Assembly (NCBI GenBank): GCA_946409435.1
Contig: CAMJWJ010000001.1
Span: 9,257-73,256 of the forward strand
Length of the DNA stretch: 64,000 nt
Direction of reading: 5' to 3'
DNA from: an uncultured Prevotella sp.
GTDB taxonomy: Bacteria; Bacteroidota; Bacteroidia; Bacteroidales; Bacteroidaceae
Program-made: the position numbers and the translations under genes
The notes under the pieces: generated by a model
The model's database searches: none
The model's input: the letters and a program-made list of their open reading frames with translations, nothing else
Told to the model about the DNA's origin: nothing
In this document: in pieces, positions 44,402-53,840 of the stretch
How the letters are laid out: each line of letters starts with the position of its first letter
How positions within the stretch are numbered: the first letter of the stretch is position 1

Positions 44402-45514
44402 ATGAAAAAGTACAGCAAACTTATTATCGCACTGATTATTGCGCTGATTTTTATCGGGACATTTGTGTTCCTCTGGCAGAAAAGCCTGCCTGAGGAGATT
44501 GTGTACAACGAGTTCACACCAGAGGTCAACGACGTACAGAAGACAACCATCATTACTGGTAAGATTGAGCCTCGCAACGAGGTCAGTGTCAAACCCCAGA
44601 TTTCGGGTATCATCACCGAACTTCTCAAGGAGCCTGGCCAGCATGTTCAGGCTGGAGAAGTCATTGCCAAGGTGAAGGTCATTCCTGACATGGGCCAGTT
44701 GTCTGCCTCGGAGAGCCGGGTTCGACTTGCTGACATCAATCTGCAACAGGCTAAGGTGGACTACGAACGCGAAAAGAACCTCTACGACCAGAAACTTGTA
44801 TCGGCCGACGAGTTCGACAAGGTGTCTCAGCAATTGCGACAGGCCAAAGAGGAACTGGCTGCCGCCCAGGATGCACTGCAGGTGGTGCGCGACGGTGTGT
44901 CGAGCAGTAATGCATCGGCTTCGTCGACACTCATCCGTTCGACAATCAGCGGTGTGATCCTCGACATTCCCGTCAAGGTGGGTAACTCGGTCATCAACTC
45001 CAACACCTTCAATGACGGTACTACGATTGCCACGGTGGCTAACATGAACGACCTTATCTTCCGCGGCAACATCGACGAGACGGAGGTGGGCCACCTCTAC
45101 AATGGCATGCCGATGAAGATTACCATCGGCGCATTGCAGGACCTCAGCTTCGATGCCTCCCTGGAGTATATCTCGCCCAAGGCCGTTGAGAGCAATGGTG
45201 CCAACCAGTTTGAAATCAAGGCTGCCGTGAAGGTGGGCAAGGACGACAACATCCGCTCGGGCTACAGTGCTAATGCCGAAATCGTCCTCTCGCGTGTCGA
45301 CAAGGCTCTCACCATCCCCGAGAGTGCCCTTGAGTTCAGTGGCGACAGCACCTTCGTATATCTGATTAAGGAAGAGCAGGGCCAGAAGGAGTACGAGCGC
45401 CACGAAGTGACGACGGGACTCTCTGACGGCGTCAACATTGAGATTAAGAAAGGTCTTACGAAGAAGGACAAGGTGCGTGGCCCGCAGGTCATTGCCGAAG
45501 ACAAGGAGGAGTAG
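44402..45514 (+). CDS. Periplasmic adaptor (MacA-like membrane fusion protein)
   Basis: N-terminal TM helix; lipoyl halves VKPQISGII and IRSTISGVI flanking a coiled coil. Confidence 0.92.
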   Translation: MKKYSKLIIALIIALIFIGTFVFLWQKSLPEEIVYNEFTPEVNDVQKTTIITGKIEPRNEVSVKPQISGIITELLKEPGQHVQAGEVIAKVKVIPDMGQLSASESRVRLADINLQQAKVDYEREKNLYDQKLVSADEFDKVSQQLRQAKEELAAAQDALQVVRDGVSSSNASASSTLIRSTISGVILDIPVKVGNSVINSNTFNDGTTIATVANMNDLIFRGNIDETEVGHLYNGMPMKITIGALQDLSFDASLEYISPKAVESNGANQFEIKAAVKVGKDDNIRSGYSANAEIVLSRVDKALTIPESALEFSGDSTFVYLIKEEQGQKEYERHEVTTGLSDGVNIEIKKGLTKKDKVRGPQVIAEDKEE

Positions 45515-45516
45515 CC

Positions 45517-46875
45517 ATGAAGAAGTCAACACTCATCGTGCTGTGTGCTGCGGTATTGTCGCAGCCTGCACTTGCCCAGCAGGCATGGAGCCTGCGTGAA
45601 TGCTGCGACTATGCTGTCAGCCACAACATCAGCATCAAGCAACAGGAGAATATCCGCCAGCAGCGTGCACTACAGCTTTCTACGGCCCGTAATAGTCGAC
45701 TGCCTGACCTCAACGCTTCAGCCAGCGAGAGTTTCTCATTCGGTCGCGGACTGACGCTCGACAATACGTACACCAACCGCTCGACCTCGTCGACAAGTTT
45801 CAGCATAGGCACCAGCGTACCGCTGTTTACGGGGTTCCAGATTCCCAACCAAATTAAGCTGAACCAGCTGAATCTGGAGGCGGCCACTGCCGATCTGGAA
45901 AAGGCTCGCAACGACATTCGCATGCAGGTGGCTCAAGGTTATGTGCAGATACTTTACAACATGGAGATTGCTGACGTGGCCCACCGTCAGATAGCTATCG
46001 ACTCTCAGCAGGTTGCTCGCCTTGAGACCTTTGTTCGCAACGGCAAAGCCAGTCAGGCCGAACTCTCACAGCAGCAGTCCACTCTGGCCCAGGCCCGTCT
46101 TACCGCCACTCAGGCCGACAACCAGCTGCAGCTTGCTGTCCTTGCGCTGACCCAGTTGCTGGAACTGCCCACTCCCGATGGTTTCACCATTGTCCGCCCT
46201 TCCAGTCCGGTAAACCGAGGCATTGCCTCGGTCTACCAAACTGCTACCGACGCCACCACTACCGCCTCGCTCTCTCCCGATGCCATCTACGCAGATGCTC
46301 TTGCACTGAAGCCCGAGATAGAGGCCGAGCGCATCAGGCTTAGTGCTACCGAACGCAGCATCGACATCGCGAAGGCTGGCCTCTATCCCTCGCTCAGCCT
46401 GAGTGCCGGTTTGCAGACCAACTACTATAAAACCAGTGGTATGCATGCTGAAGCTTTTGGCTCTCAGCTGAAGAATAACTTTGCACAATATGTTGGGCTG
46501 AACCTGAGCGTACCCATCTTCAACCGTTTCCAGACACGCAATAGCATTCGTGCTGCCCGTCTCGACCGCGAGAACCAGCAACTGCAGCTCGATAATGTCA
46601 AGAAGTCTTTGTATAAGGAGATTCAGCAGGTGTACTACAATGCACTGGCTGCCGAGTCGAAGTATAACAGCAGTTATGCTGCCGCACAGTCCAGTCACGA
46701 TGCCTTCGTATTGGTACAGGCAAAGTATGAGAATGGTAAGTCGGCCATCACGGAGTTCAACGAGGCCAAGAATAACTACCTCAGGTCAGAGTCGGACCTC
46801 GTGCAGGCCCGCTACGAGTTGCTCTACCAGAAGGCGCTCCTCGACTTCTACCGTGGACGCGACCTGGATTTCTGA
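45517..46875 (+). CDS. TolC-family outer membrane efflux protein
   Basis: Motifs WSLRECCDYAVSHN, LYPSLSL and GLNLSVPIFN. Confidence 0.92.
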   Translation: MKKSTLIVLCAAVLSQPALAQQAWSLRECCDYAVSHNISIKQQENIRQQRALQLSTARNSRLPDLNASASESFSFGRGLTLDNTYTNRSTSSTSFSIGTSVPLFTGFQIPNQIKLNQLNLEAATADLEKARNDIRMQVAQGYVQILYNMEIADVAHRQIAIDSQQVARLETFVRNGKASQAELSQQQSTLAQARLTATQADNQLQLAVLALTQLLELPTPDGFTIVRPSSPVNRGIASVYQTATDATTTASLSPDAIYADALALKPEIEAERIRLSATERSIDIAKAGLYPSLSLSAGLQTNYYKTSGMHAEAFGSQLKNNFAQYVGLNLSVPIFNRFQTRNSIRAARLDRENQQLQLDNVKKSLYKEIQQVYYNALAAESKYNSSYAAAQSSHDAFVLVQAKYENGKSAITEFNEAKNNYLRSESDLVQARYELLYQKALLDFYRGRDLDF

Positions 46876-46908
46876 TGGTGATGCCGGAGTTTTCGGCACC
46901 ACTATCAG
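46873..46908. terminator. Hairpin between the convergent tolC and methyltransferase genes
   Basis: TGATGGTG..GCCGGA-GTTT-TCGGC..CACTATCA. Confidence 0.6.
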
Positions 46909-46912
46909 ACTG

Positions 46913-47830
46913 TTACAAGGATGGCTTGCGGACTATCCACTCCTGGTATGAACCTATTTTGGCATTACCGGAGTCATAGCCAAGGTAACCTAAGATGATG
47001 TTCGAGACAAACTGGTCGGGCAATAGCCAGAACATCAGTTTTGCCAATGTCGGCCGTTCAAGGATTTTTGCTGCTTTCCGCTCCAGACGCTTCAAGTCGG
47101 GGAGCGTCGCCTGTGTGTGGTCAATGCTCTTCTCAAGTGTTAGGCCACTATTGGTGAAATGGGAATTCAACTCCTCCAGCGATTCTATCATGGCAGCTGC
47201 CCCACCTTTGGAAATCAGGGCGATGGCTTTTTGGATAGTAGGATCGTAGGACTCAAACCTGTCTGCAAGGGCATAGTCGAAGACAACGACAACACCACCA
47301 GGTTTCAGTACGCGACAAACCTCACGATAGATTTTTTCCTTATCGGTGTTGTGGACGACAGTCTCAAAGGCATATACCACATCTACGGAATTGTCTGCAA
47401 ACTGCGAAAGACTACTGTAGTCCTGCTGGTAGGTGGTGACATTCTTGGGGATGTCCTTGTCCTTTTTCAGTGGCGAAAGGTCGACGCCGATAAAGCTTGC
47501 GTCGGGATGACAGTGAGCCAGATACAGCAGATTGGCACCCTGTCCGAAGCCAAGCTCCATCACGACATCGCCTGCCTTGATAAACTTTGAAACGGAGTCG
47601 GGCTGATAATACACGTCTTCATCGGTAAAACAGCCACTGGAGGAAATCCTGAAATGCATAAAGCCATCCTGCGAATGGAAGTGACGGTATGCCCAGTCGT
47701 TGACTTTGAAATAGGAGCGTATCTGCTCCAGTGAGTTCTTCTCGCCCTGTATGAATTTGTCGAGGTTGAGGAACTTCTCCATTGCCTCCACCTTGGCATG
47801 CAGTTTGTAGATGCTGTATTTTGGATTCAT
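46913..47830 (-). CDS. Class I SAM-dependent methyltransferase
   Basis: Motif I VMELGFGQG; also FIGVDLS and RVLKPGG. Confidence 0.88.
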   Translation of the reverse strand: MNPKYSIYKLHAKVEAMEKFLNLDKFIQGEKNSLEQIRSYFKVNDWAYRHFHSQDGFMHFRISSSGCFTDEDVYYQPDSVSKFIKAGDVVMELGFGQGANLLYLAHCHPDASFIGVDLSPLKKDKDIPKNVTTYQQDYSSLSQFADNSVDVVYAFETVVHNTDKEKIYREVCRVLKPGGVVVVFDYALADRFESYDPTIQKAIALISKGGAAAMIESLEELNSHFTNSGLTLEKSIDHTQATLPDLKRLERKAAKILERPTLAKLMFWLLPDQFVSNIILGYLGYDSGNAKIGSYQEWIVRKPSL

Positions 47831-47871
47831 TGCGTTGAATGATGTGTTGAATGCTTGTTATAACCCTGAGC

Positions 47872-49164
47872 CTATGATGCGACAGCGATGTTGATAACCT
47901 CTTGGATGTCTAAGGCATTCACCGTGCCGTCGCCGTTGATGTCGTACAGATTGTTGCTGCTTCCTTCCGCACAGGCGTTTATCTCGGCCTGGATGTCCAA
48001 AGCATTCACGAGGCGGTCGCCGTTCAGGTCGCCCTTGACGGCGGGCAGGAAGGTCTGTAGTTCGTAGAGCGCCTGCATGGCACGTCCCGTACTGTTGTCG
48101 AAAAGTGACGCGTTGTACCATCCGCTGGGTGTCACGGCGTTTGTGTAGTTGACGCCCTTCTCGTTGGCTTCGGGGAACCACCAGTACAGTCCGTCGACGC
48201 TGTCATGATTGTTGAGCATGGCTATCAGGTCCTTGGTGAACTGCAGCTGTCCAGCATCGGTAGCCGGCCAGTTGGGGAACGTGCTGATTTTGTACGTCGC
48301 GCCATCAGGGTAGTAGGCGTGGTAGTAGCCAGTCTCCACAATTTGTATCTTCTTGTCAGTATAGTTTTTCTCTAATGTCTTGATGGTATTTTCCAGAGTT
48401 GTCAGTGTGCCGTGATAGTAGGGGTAGTAGCTGATGCCGATGACGTCGTACTTCACATTGGGGTACTTCTTCAACTGTGCGTAGAAGTTGGTGACGTTGG
48501 TAGACTTGCTCATCTCTGTCTGTATCACAATCTTAGCCTGTGGGCATTCCTCGTTGCAGGCCTGGATGGCACTGGCCAGATAATTGGTGAAGTTACCCCA
48601 TGTGCCGCCATCTTGTCCGCCACCGCCAGGCCAGACGTGTGCCGTCGGCCACAGCATGCCGTAGGTAATCTCGTTGCCCGGCTGTATGAAGTCAGGTTCT
48701 GCACCGGCATCCTTCAACTGCTGCAGACAGTCCTTTGTGTATTCGTAGATCTGGGTGGTCAGCTCGGCAGCAGTCATGTTGCTCCAAGCGGCTGGAGTGC
48801 TGTGCTTGCCAGGGTCGGTCCACGTGTCGCTGTAGTGGAAGTCGAGCATGAATGTCAGTCCGGCATCCTTGATGCGCTTGCCTAATGCTTTGACGTACTC
48901 TAAGTCCTGGCGCACACCCTCCTGCTTATGTTCGTCGGGAGCCTGCGAGGGGTCTACAAACAGTCGGACACGCATGGCGTTCCATCCCTGTTGCTTCAGG
49001 TAGTTCAGCATGGTACCCTGAGGGATGAGTTTACTCTTTTCATAGTACTTGGCCTTGGCTTTCTCGTAGTCCGGTAACAGCGAGATGTCGCCGCCTACAT
49101 ATTTCTGTGCTGACAGGATACCCGTCAGCATGCATGTGATAGCAATAAGTAGTATTTTCTTCAT
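47872..49164 (-). CDS. GH53 endo-beta-1,4-galactanase with C-terminal dockerin-like domain
   Basis: Motifs GGDIS, LDFHYSDTWTDP, QPGNE, SYYP and VETGY. C-terminal duplicated Ca-loop GDLNGDRLVNALDI / YDINGDGTVNALDI. Confidence 0.92.
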   Translation of the reverse strand: MKKILLIAITCMLTGILSAQKYVGGDISLLPDYEKAKAKYYEKSKLIPQGTMLNYLKQQGWNAMRVRLFVDPSQAPDEHKQEGVRQDLEYVKALGKRIKDAGLTFMLDFHYSDTWTDPGKHSTPAAWSNMTAAELTTQIYEYTKDCLQQLKDAGAEPDFIQPGNEITYGMLWPTAHVWPGGGGQDGGTWGNFTNYLASAIQACNEECPQAKIVIQTEMSKSTNVTNFYAQLKKYPNVKYDVIGISYYPYYHGTLTTLENTIKTLEKNYTDKKIQIVETGYYHAYYPDGATYKISTFPNWPATDAGQLQFTKDLIAMLNNHDSVDGLYWWFPEANEKGVNYTNAVTPSGWYNASLFDNSTGRAMQALYELQTFLPAVKGDLNGDRLVNALDIQAEINACAEGSSNNLYDINGDGTVNALDIQEVINIAVAS

Positions 49165-49202
49165 CTCTGTAGTATACTTTTTTGTTGATATTGCATGAAG
49201 CA

Positions 49203-49400
49203 TTACTTCTTGTGCCTGTTGGCCCGTTGCTCTCTGTATTTTGCTTTCTGTCGTGCCGAACCGCTGCCGTGGGCGCCAGTAATGTACTTCTTTTTCTTGG
49301 CCTTGGTTTTTACCTTGTCTTCCTCCTTGCGCGGTCCTCCTCCCCGCCCGAAGGAAATGCCATTGACGAGAATGTCTTGGAAGTCGCTTTCTTTGCTCAT
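49203..49400 (-). CDS. Small highly basic hypothetical protein (65 aa)
   Basis: K/R-rich ORF that fits exactly between purH and GH53 on the same strand, with an AT-rich upstream region. Confidence 0.7.
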   Translation of the reverse strand: MSKESDFQDILVNGISFGRGGGPRKEEDKVKTKAKKKKYITGAHGSGSARQKAKYREQRANRHKK

Positions 49401-49419
49401 ACCATTTTATTTATTAGGT

Positions 49420-49458
49420 AATGAGTAATTTGCAATTCCTAATTACAAATTACTCATT
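49420..49458. terminator. AT-rich hairpin downstream of purH
   Basis: AATGAGTAATTTG..CAAATTACTCATT, a 13-bp perfect stem. Confidence 0.5.
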
Positions 49459-49468
49459 GTAAATATCT

Positions 49469-50656
49469 TTAGTGATGGAACAGTCGTACGCCTGTGAATG
49501 CCATGGCGATGCCGTACTTGTCGCAGGTCATGATGACATGGTCGTCGCGCACTGAGCCGCCTGCTTGGGCGATATACTCCACACCGCTCTTGTGGGCACG
49601 CTCGATGTTGTCGCCGAAGGGGAAGAAGGCGTCGCTGCCCAAAGCCACACCTGTGTTCTGGGCAATCCACTCTTTCTTTTCCTGAAGCGTCAGCACCTCT
49701 GGCTGGCGGCTGAAGAACTGCTGCCATTGTCCATCGCGCAGCACGTCGTCATGTTCGTCTTCTGAGATATAAACATCAATGGTGTTGTCGCGGTCGGCAC
49801 GGCGGATGCCCTCCTTGAATGGCAGTGCCATCACTTTCGGATGTTGGCGCAGCCACCAGATGTCGGCCTTCTGACCAGCCAGTCTGGTGCAGTGGATGCG
49901 GCTCTGCTGTCCGGCACCGATGCCGATGGCCTGACCGTCCTTCACATAGCACACCGAGTTCGACTGGGTGTACTTCAGCGTGATGAGTGCGATGATGAGG
50001 TCGCGCCGTGCCTCGGCTGAGAAAGTCTTGTTCTGCGTGGGAATGTTTTCAAACAATGCAGGGTCGTCGAGCCGTATCTCGTTACGTCCTTGTTCAAACG
50101 TAACACCGAACACCTGTTTGCGCTCGATGGGGTCTGGACGGTATGCTGGGTCAATCTTGATGACGTTGTATGTCCCCTTGCGCTTGTCCTTCAGTATCTC
50201 GATGGCTTCAGCGGTATAGTCGGGTGCGATGACGCCATCGCTCACCTCGCGTTTCAGCAGCAGTGCCGTCGTCTTGTCGCACGTGTCGCTCAGAGCCACG
50301 AAGTCACCATACGACGACATTCGGTCGGCACCACGTGCACGAGCGTAGGCACAAGCCACAGGGCTGTCGTCCAGTCCCTCGACGTCGTCAACGAAATAGA
50401 TTTTCTTCAGTGTATCGGTCAGTGGCAGCCCCACGGCGGCACCGGCAGGCGACACGTGCTTGAAGGACGCAGCGGCGGCCAGTCCAGTGGCCTCTTTTAG
50501 CTCCTTCACCAACTGCCACGCGTTCAGCGCGTCGAGGAAGTTGATGTAGCCTGGGCGGCCGTTAATCACTTCGATGGGCAACTCGCCCTCCTGCATGAAG
50601 ATGCGCGAGGGCTTTTGGTTCGGATTGCATCCGTATTTCAGCTGTAATTCTTTCAT
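49469..50656 (-). CDS. purH: AICAR transformylase (PurH-type, lacking the IMP cyclohydrolase domain)
   Basis: Starts at LKYGCNPNQ; motifs SFKHVSPAG, KYTQSNSV, GSDAFFPF and RLFHH. Confidence 0.92.
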   Translation of the reverse strand: MKELQLKYGCNPNQKPSRIFMQEGELPIEVINGRPGYINFLDALNAWQLVKELKEATGLAAAASFKHVSPAGAAVGLPLTDTLKKIYFVDDVEGLDDSPVACAYARARGADRMSSYGDFVALSDTCDKTTALLLKREVSDGVIAPDYTAEAIEILKDKRKGTYNVIKIDPAYRPDPIERKQVFGVTFEQGRNEIRLDDPALFENIPTQNKTFSAEARRDLIIALITLKYTQSNSVCYVKDGQAIGIGAGQQSRIHCTRLAGQKADIWWLRQHPKVMALPFKEGIRRADRDNTIDVYISEDEHDDVLRDGQWQQFFSRQPEVLTLQEKKEWIAQNTGVALGSDAFFPFGDNIERAHKSGVEYIAQAGGSVRDDHVIMTCDKYGIAMAFTGVRLFHH

Positions 50657-50908
50657 CGTATGATGGAAATTTAAAATGATGCTGCAAAGGTACGAATAAG
50701 CGAGCGCAAAACAAAAGAATTTTATTCTTTTTTTTGCCGAGTGTGGGTACCTGCTTGTGATTTTCTCTTAAAAAGCGTATCTATGGTGTGCAATAAATAA
50801 GTGAAAGTTGAGTTATTTGAGTATCAAGTCAGATTAAACCATTTGTCGTTTTATACATCTAATATAATAACTGATAACAACTGTTCATTCGTTTTTTAAC
50901 AACTTATT

Positions 50909-52420
50909 ATGAAAACATTATTTATTCCTCTTCTGCTCTTGGCTGCAGTATCAGCGCATGCGGTAGAAAATCCTGTGTTAACGATTGAGGGTGGTCAGGT
51001 ACAAGGTGTGTTTGCCGACGACCATCCCGATGTGTATGTCTATCGTGGCATTCCCTATGCCGCTCCCCCCATCAGGGAAAACCGTTGGAAGGCTCCACAG
51101 CCTGTCGTGCCCTGGAAAGGGGTGAAGATTTGCGACACCTTCGGCCGGCCCAGTTTTCAAGCCATTCAGTACCCCGGTGGTTACTATTCAGAATGGGGCT
51201 ATGGCAAGGAGGCTGCTTTCAGTGAGGATTGCCTCTATCTGAACGTATGGACAAAGGCTCCGGTGCAGGTTGGCAGGAAACTGCCCGTGGCTTTGTGGAT
51301 TCACGGAGGCGGCTATCGTGAGGGTTTCGGCTCAGAACCGGAGTTCGACGGTCAGGAGTGGGGCGCCAAGGACGTGGTACTGGTCACCATCAACTACCGT
51401 CTGGGCATCTTTGGCTTTTTGAATCATCCCTTGCTGGTGGAGGAGAATCCGAATCATGTCTCTGGCAACTACGGCATTTTGGACCAGATAGAGGCATTGA
51501 AATGGGTCAAGATGAATATCGCACAGTTTGGCGGCGATCCGGGTAACGTCACCATCTTCGGACAGAGTGCCGGAGGTGGCAGCGTGCGTACCCTTTGTGA
51601 GTCTCCGTTGGCCCGTGGTCTGTTTCACAAGGCAGTCATCATGAGTGCTCAGGGACTGGCCATCCCCAATCCCAACGGTGGTGGCATGATGGGTGGCCGC
51701 TATACAGGTGGCACACCCGAAGATGCTGCCGCCAATGCCAAGAAGATGTTCGACTGGGCCGGGCTGACTGACTTGCAGAAGATGCGTCAGGCCGCTACGG
51801 AGACAGTCTTTGCGTTGCCCGCCATCTACCGTCAGGTGAATAGCGATGGTCAGCAGGGAGGTGGCATGATGGGTATGATGCGCAGGGGAATGGCATACAT
51901 GCCGTTGGTTGACGGCTATGTCAGCAAGAAGAGTTTCGATGATGCAACACGTGAAGGAACTCTGGCCGACGTTCCCTATATGATAGGCTACACGTTGAAC
52001 GATATGGGTGACATGAGTCCGGGCATCGCCGAGTTTTGTAAGGTTCGCGAGAGCAAGGGTGGCAAGGCATGGGCTTACGAGTTTGCCCGTCCGTTGCCCG
52101 ATGACGGCTCTCATCCCGAGGTGACGCAGCGTCTGCGTGGCGCTTTCCACTCCAGCGACCTCTGGTTTGTGTTTAAGAGTCTGAAGCACTGCTGGCGTCC
52201 GTGGACCGATGGCGACTGGGCGCTTTCTGAGAAGATGCTGACGGCATGGACCAACTTTGCCAAGTATAGCGACCCGAACGGCCGAAAGGGTGGGGAGTGG
52301 AAACCTTGCACGGCCAAGAGTCCCAAGTTCATGGTGTTCAGGTTGAACGATAAAGACGTTGAAGACTCCTACTATGGCGAGCCGGTGAAGGCTCCCCGTC
52401 AGGGTGGCTTCGGCAGATAA
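50909..52420 (+). CDS. Type-B carboxylesterase
   Basis: Motifs GIPYAAPP, SEDCLYLNVW, WIHGGG, FGQSAGG and GAFHSSDL. Confidence 0.93.
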   Translation: MKTLFIPLLLLAAVSAHAVENPVLTIEGGQVQGVFADDHPDVYVYRGIPYAAPPIRENRWKAPQPVVPWKGVKICDTFGRPSFQAIQYPGGYYSEWGYGKEAAFSEDCLYLNVWTKAPVQVGRKLPVALWIHGGGYREGFGSEPEFDGQEWGAKDVVLVTINYRLGIFGFLNHPLLVEENPNHVSGNYGILDQIEALKWVKMNIAQFGGDPGNVTIFGQSAGGGSVRTLCESPLARGLFHKAVIMSAQGLAIPNPNGGGMMGGRYTGGTPEDAAANAKKMFDWAGLTDLQKMRQAATETVFALPAIYRQVNSDGQQGGGMMGMMRRGMAYMPLVDGYVSKKSFDDATREGTLADVPYMIGYTLNDMGDMSPGIAEFCKVRESKGGKAWAYEFARPLPDDGSHPEVTQRLRGAFHSSDLWFVFKSLKHCWRPWTDGDWALSEKMLTAWTNFAKYSDPNGRKGGEWKPCTAKSPKFMVFRLNDKDVEDSYYGEPVKAPRQGGFGR

Positions 52421-52442
52421 CTGCTTGACGCTATTATGGTCA

Positions 52443-52491
52443 AAAACAATTTACTGAGCCTGCTTAATAAGCGGACTCAGTAAATTGTTTT
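52443..52491. terminator. Bidirectional intrinsic terminator
   Basis: AAAACAATTTACTGAG..GCTTA-A-TAAGC..CTCAGTAAATTGTTTT between convergent genes. Confidence 0.85.
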
Positions 52492-52520
52492 ATCAAGGCC
52501 TTGATAGCCGTACCTTGCAT

Positions 52521-53780
52521 TTAGTCAAAGAATCCCGGCTGCTTGTAGTCGATGCCTAACTCGCGGTCGACGGTGGCCAGGATGCCCTGCACCTGTCCCA
52601 GTGCAAACATGCGGCCGAGCAATGTGTAGCCGGCATTATGGCCGTGGCTCGACTCATCCATGATGCCGCCGGGCTGGTCGGTGAACGTCATGCCGTGGTC
52701 GACGCGCATGGGCAGCTGCGGGTTCTCTTTCTCAAAGATGCGGCATAGCTCCACGAGGTCGGCGCGCCCGCCGAGGTGCGATGCCTCGGTGAAGTCGCCG
52801 TTGGGGAAGATGTGGCAGGAGCGCAGGTGGACGAAGTGGGTGCGGGGCGCAAACTCACGGGCCATCTCTACCACGTTGTTGTAGGCACCTGCCGACAATG
52901 AGCCGGCACAGAAGGTCAGTCCGTTGTGACGGTTGGGCACGGCATCGAGGAACCAGCGGATGTCCTCCTCGGTACGCACAATGCGCGGCAGTCCGAGTAT
53001 CTCGATGGGCGGGTCGTCGGGGTGTACACACATGTTCATGCCGCATTCCTCGCAGGTGGGCATGATGGCCTCGAGGAAGTATTTCATGTTCTGACGCAAC
53101 TGCTGCTTGTCGATGCCTTTGTACAAGTTCAAGAACTCGCGGAACTTCTGGACAGGAGCCTCGTCGTCCTCCGAGAAGTTGCCGCTGACGAAGCCCTGCG
53201 TCTTGATGATGATGTTCTCCACCAGCTGGTGGTCCTTTTCGGGCGTCATGGTCTTGGCCATCTCGTCGCACTCCTCAAGCACGTTGCGATTGACAGTCTC
53301 GCCTTTCTCGTTTCTCATGACGAAGTTGGCCCACTCCTCGCGGGCTCCCTCACGCTTGAGGATGTAGATGTCGAAGTAGGCAAACTCGGCGTAGTTGAAG
53401 TAGAGGTTCGTCGAACCGTTGGGGTTCTGGTGCAGCAGGTCGGTGCGTGCCCAGTCCAGCACGGGCATGAAGTTGTAGCAGACGGTGTGGATGCCCTCTG
53501 CCGAGAGGTTGCGCAGCGACTCCTTGTAGACCTCAATCTGCTGGTCACGGTCAGGGCCGCCATACTTGATGGTCTCCACGACGGGCAGGCTTTCTACCAC
53601 ACTCCACCGCATGCCATACGACTCAATGTACTCGCGCAGATCGCGTATCTTCTCTCTCGTCCATACCTCACCAAGGGGTACGTCGTGCAGTGCGGTGACG
53701 ATGCCCTCGACTCCTATTTGTCTCAACATGGCAAGTGTGATCTTGTCCTTCTTGCCAAACCATCTCCATGTTCTTTCCAT
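52521..53780 (-). CDS. uxuA: Mannonate dehydratase
   Basis: Motifs MERTWRWFG, CYNFMPVLDWARTDL, HPDDPP and PMRVDHG. Confidence 0.96.
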   Translation of the reverse strand: MERTWRWFGKKDKITLAMLRQIGVEGIVTALHDVPLGEVWTREKIRDLREYIESYGMRWSVVESLPVVETIKYGGPDRDQQIEVYKESLRNLSAEGIHTVCYNFMPVLDWARTDLLHQNPNGSTNLYFNYAEFAYFDIYILKREGAREEWANFVMRNEKGETVNRNVLEECDEMAKTMTPEKDHQLVENIIIKTQGFVSGNFSEDDEAPVQKFREFLNLYKGIDKQQLRQNMKYFLEAIMPTCEECGMNMCVHPDDPPIEILGLPRIVRTEEDIRWFLDAVPNRHNGLTFCAGSLSAGAYNNVVEMAREFAPRTHFVHLRSCHIFPNGDFTEASHLGGRADLVELCRIFEKENPQLPMRVDHGMTFTDQPGGIMDESSHGHNAGYTLLGRMFALGQVQGILATVDRELGIDYKQPGFFD

Positions 53781-53840
53781 ATTAATAATATTATGTTAGT
53801 CTAAATTACGTACTTTGCTTATTAAAGCCATTGGTTTGAT

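Noticed and set aside
44309-45532. 407-aa minus-strand ORF and similar long antisense ORFs (6912-8003, 33343-34242, 52926-53804, 54555-55499)
   Set aside because: Shadows of well-supported genes, expected from high GC3 codon bias.
51670-51900. Duplicated GGGMMG loops in the carboxylesterase
   Set aside because: Short low-complexity loops with no palindrome or other sign of an element.
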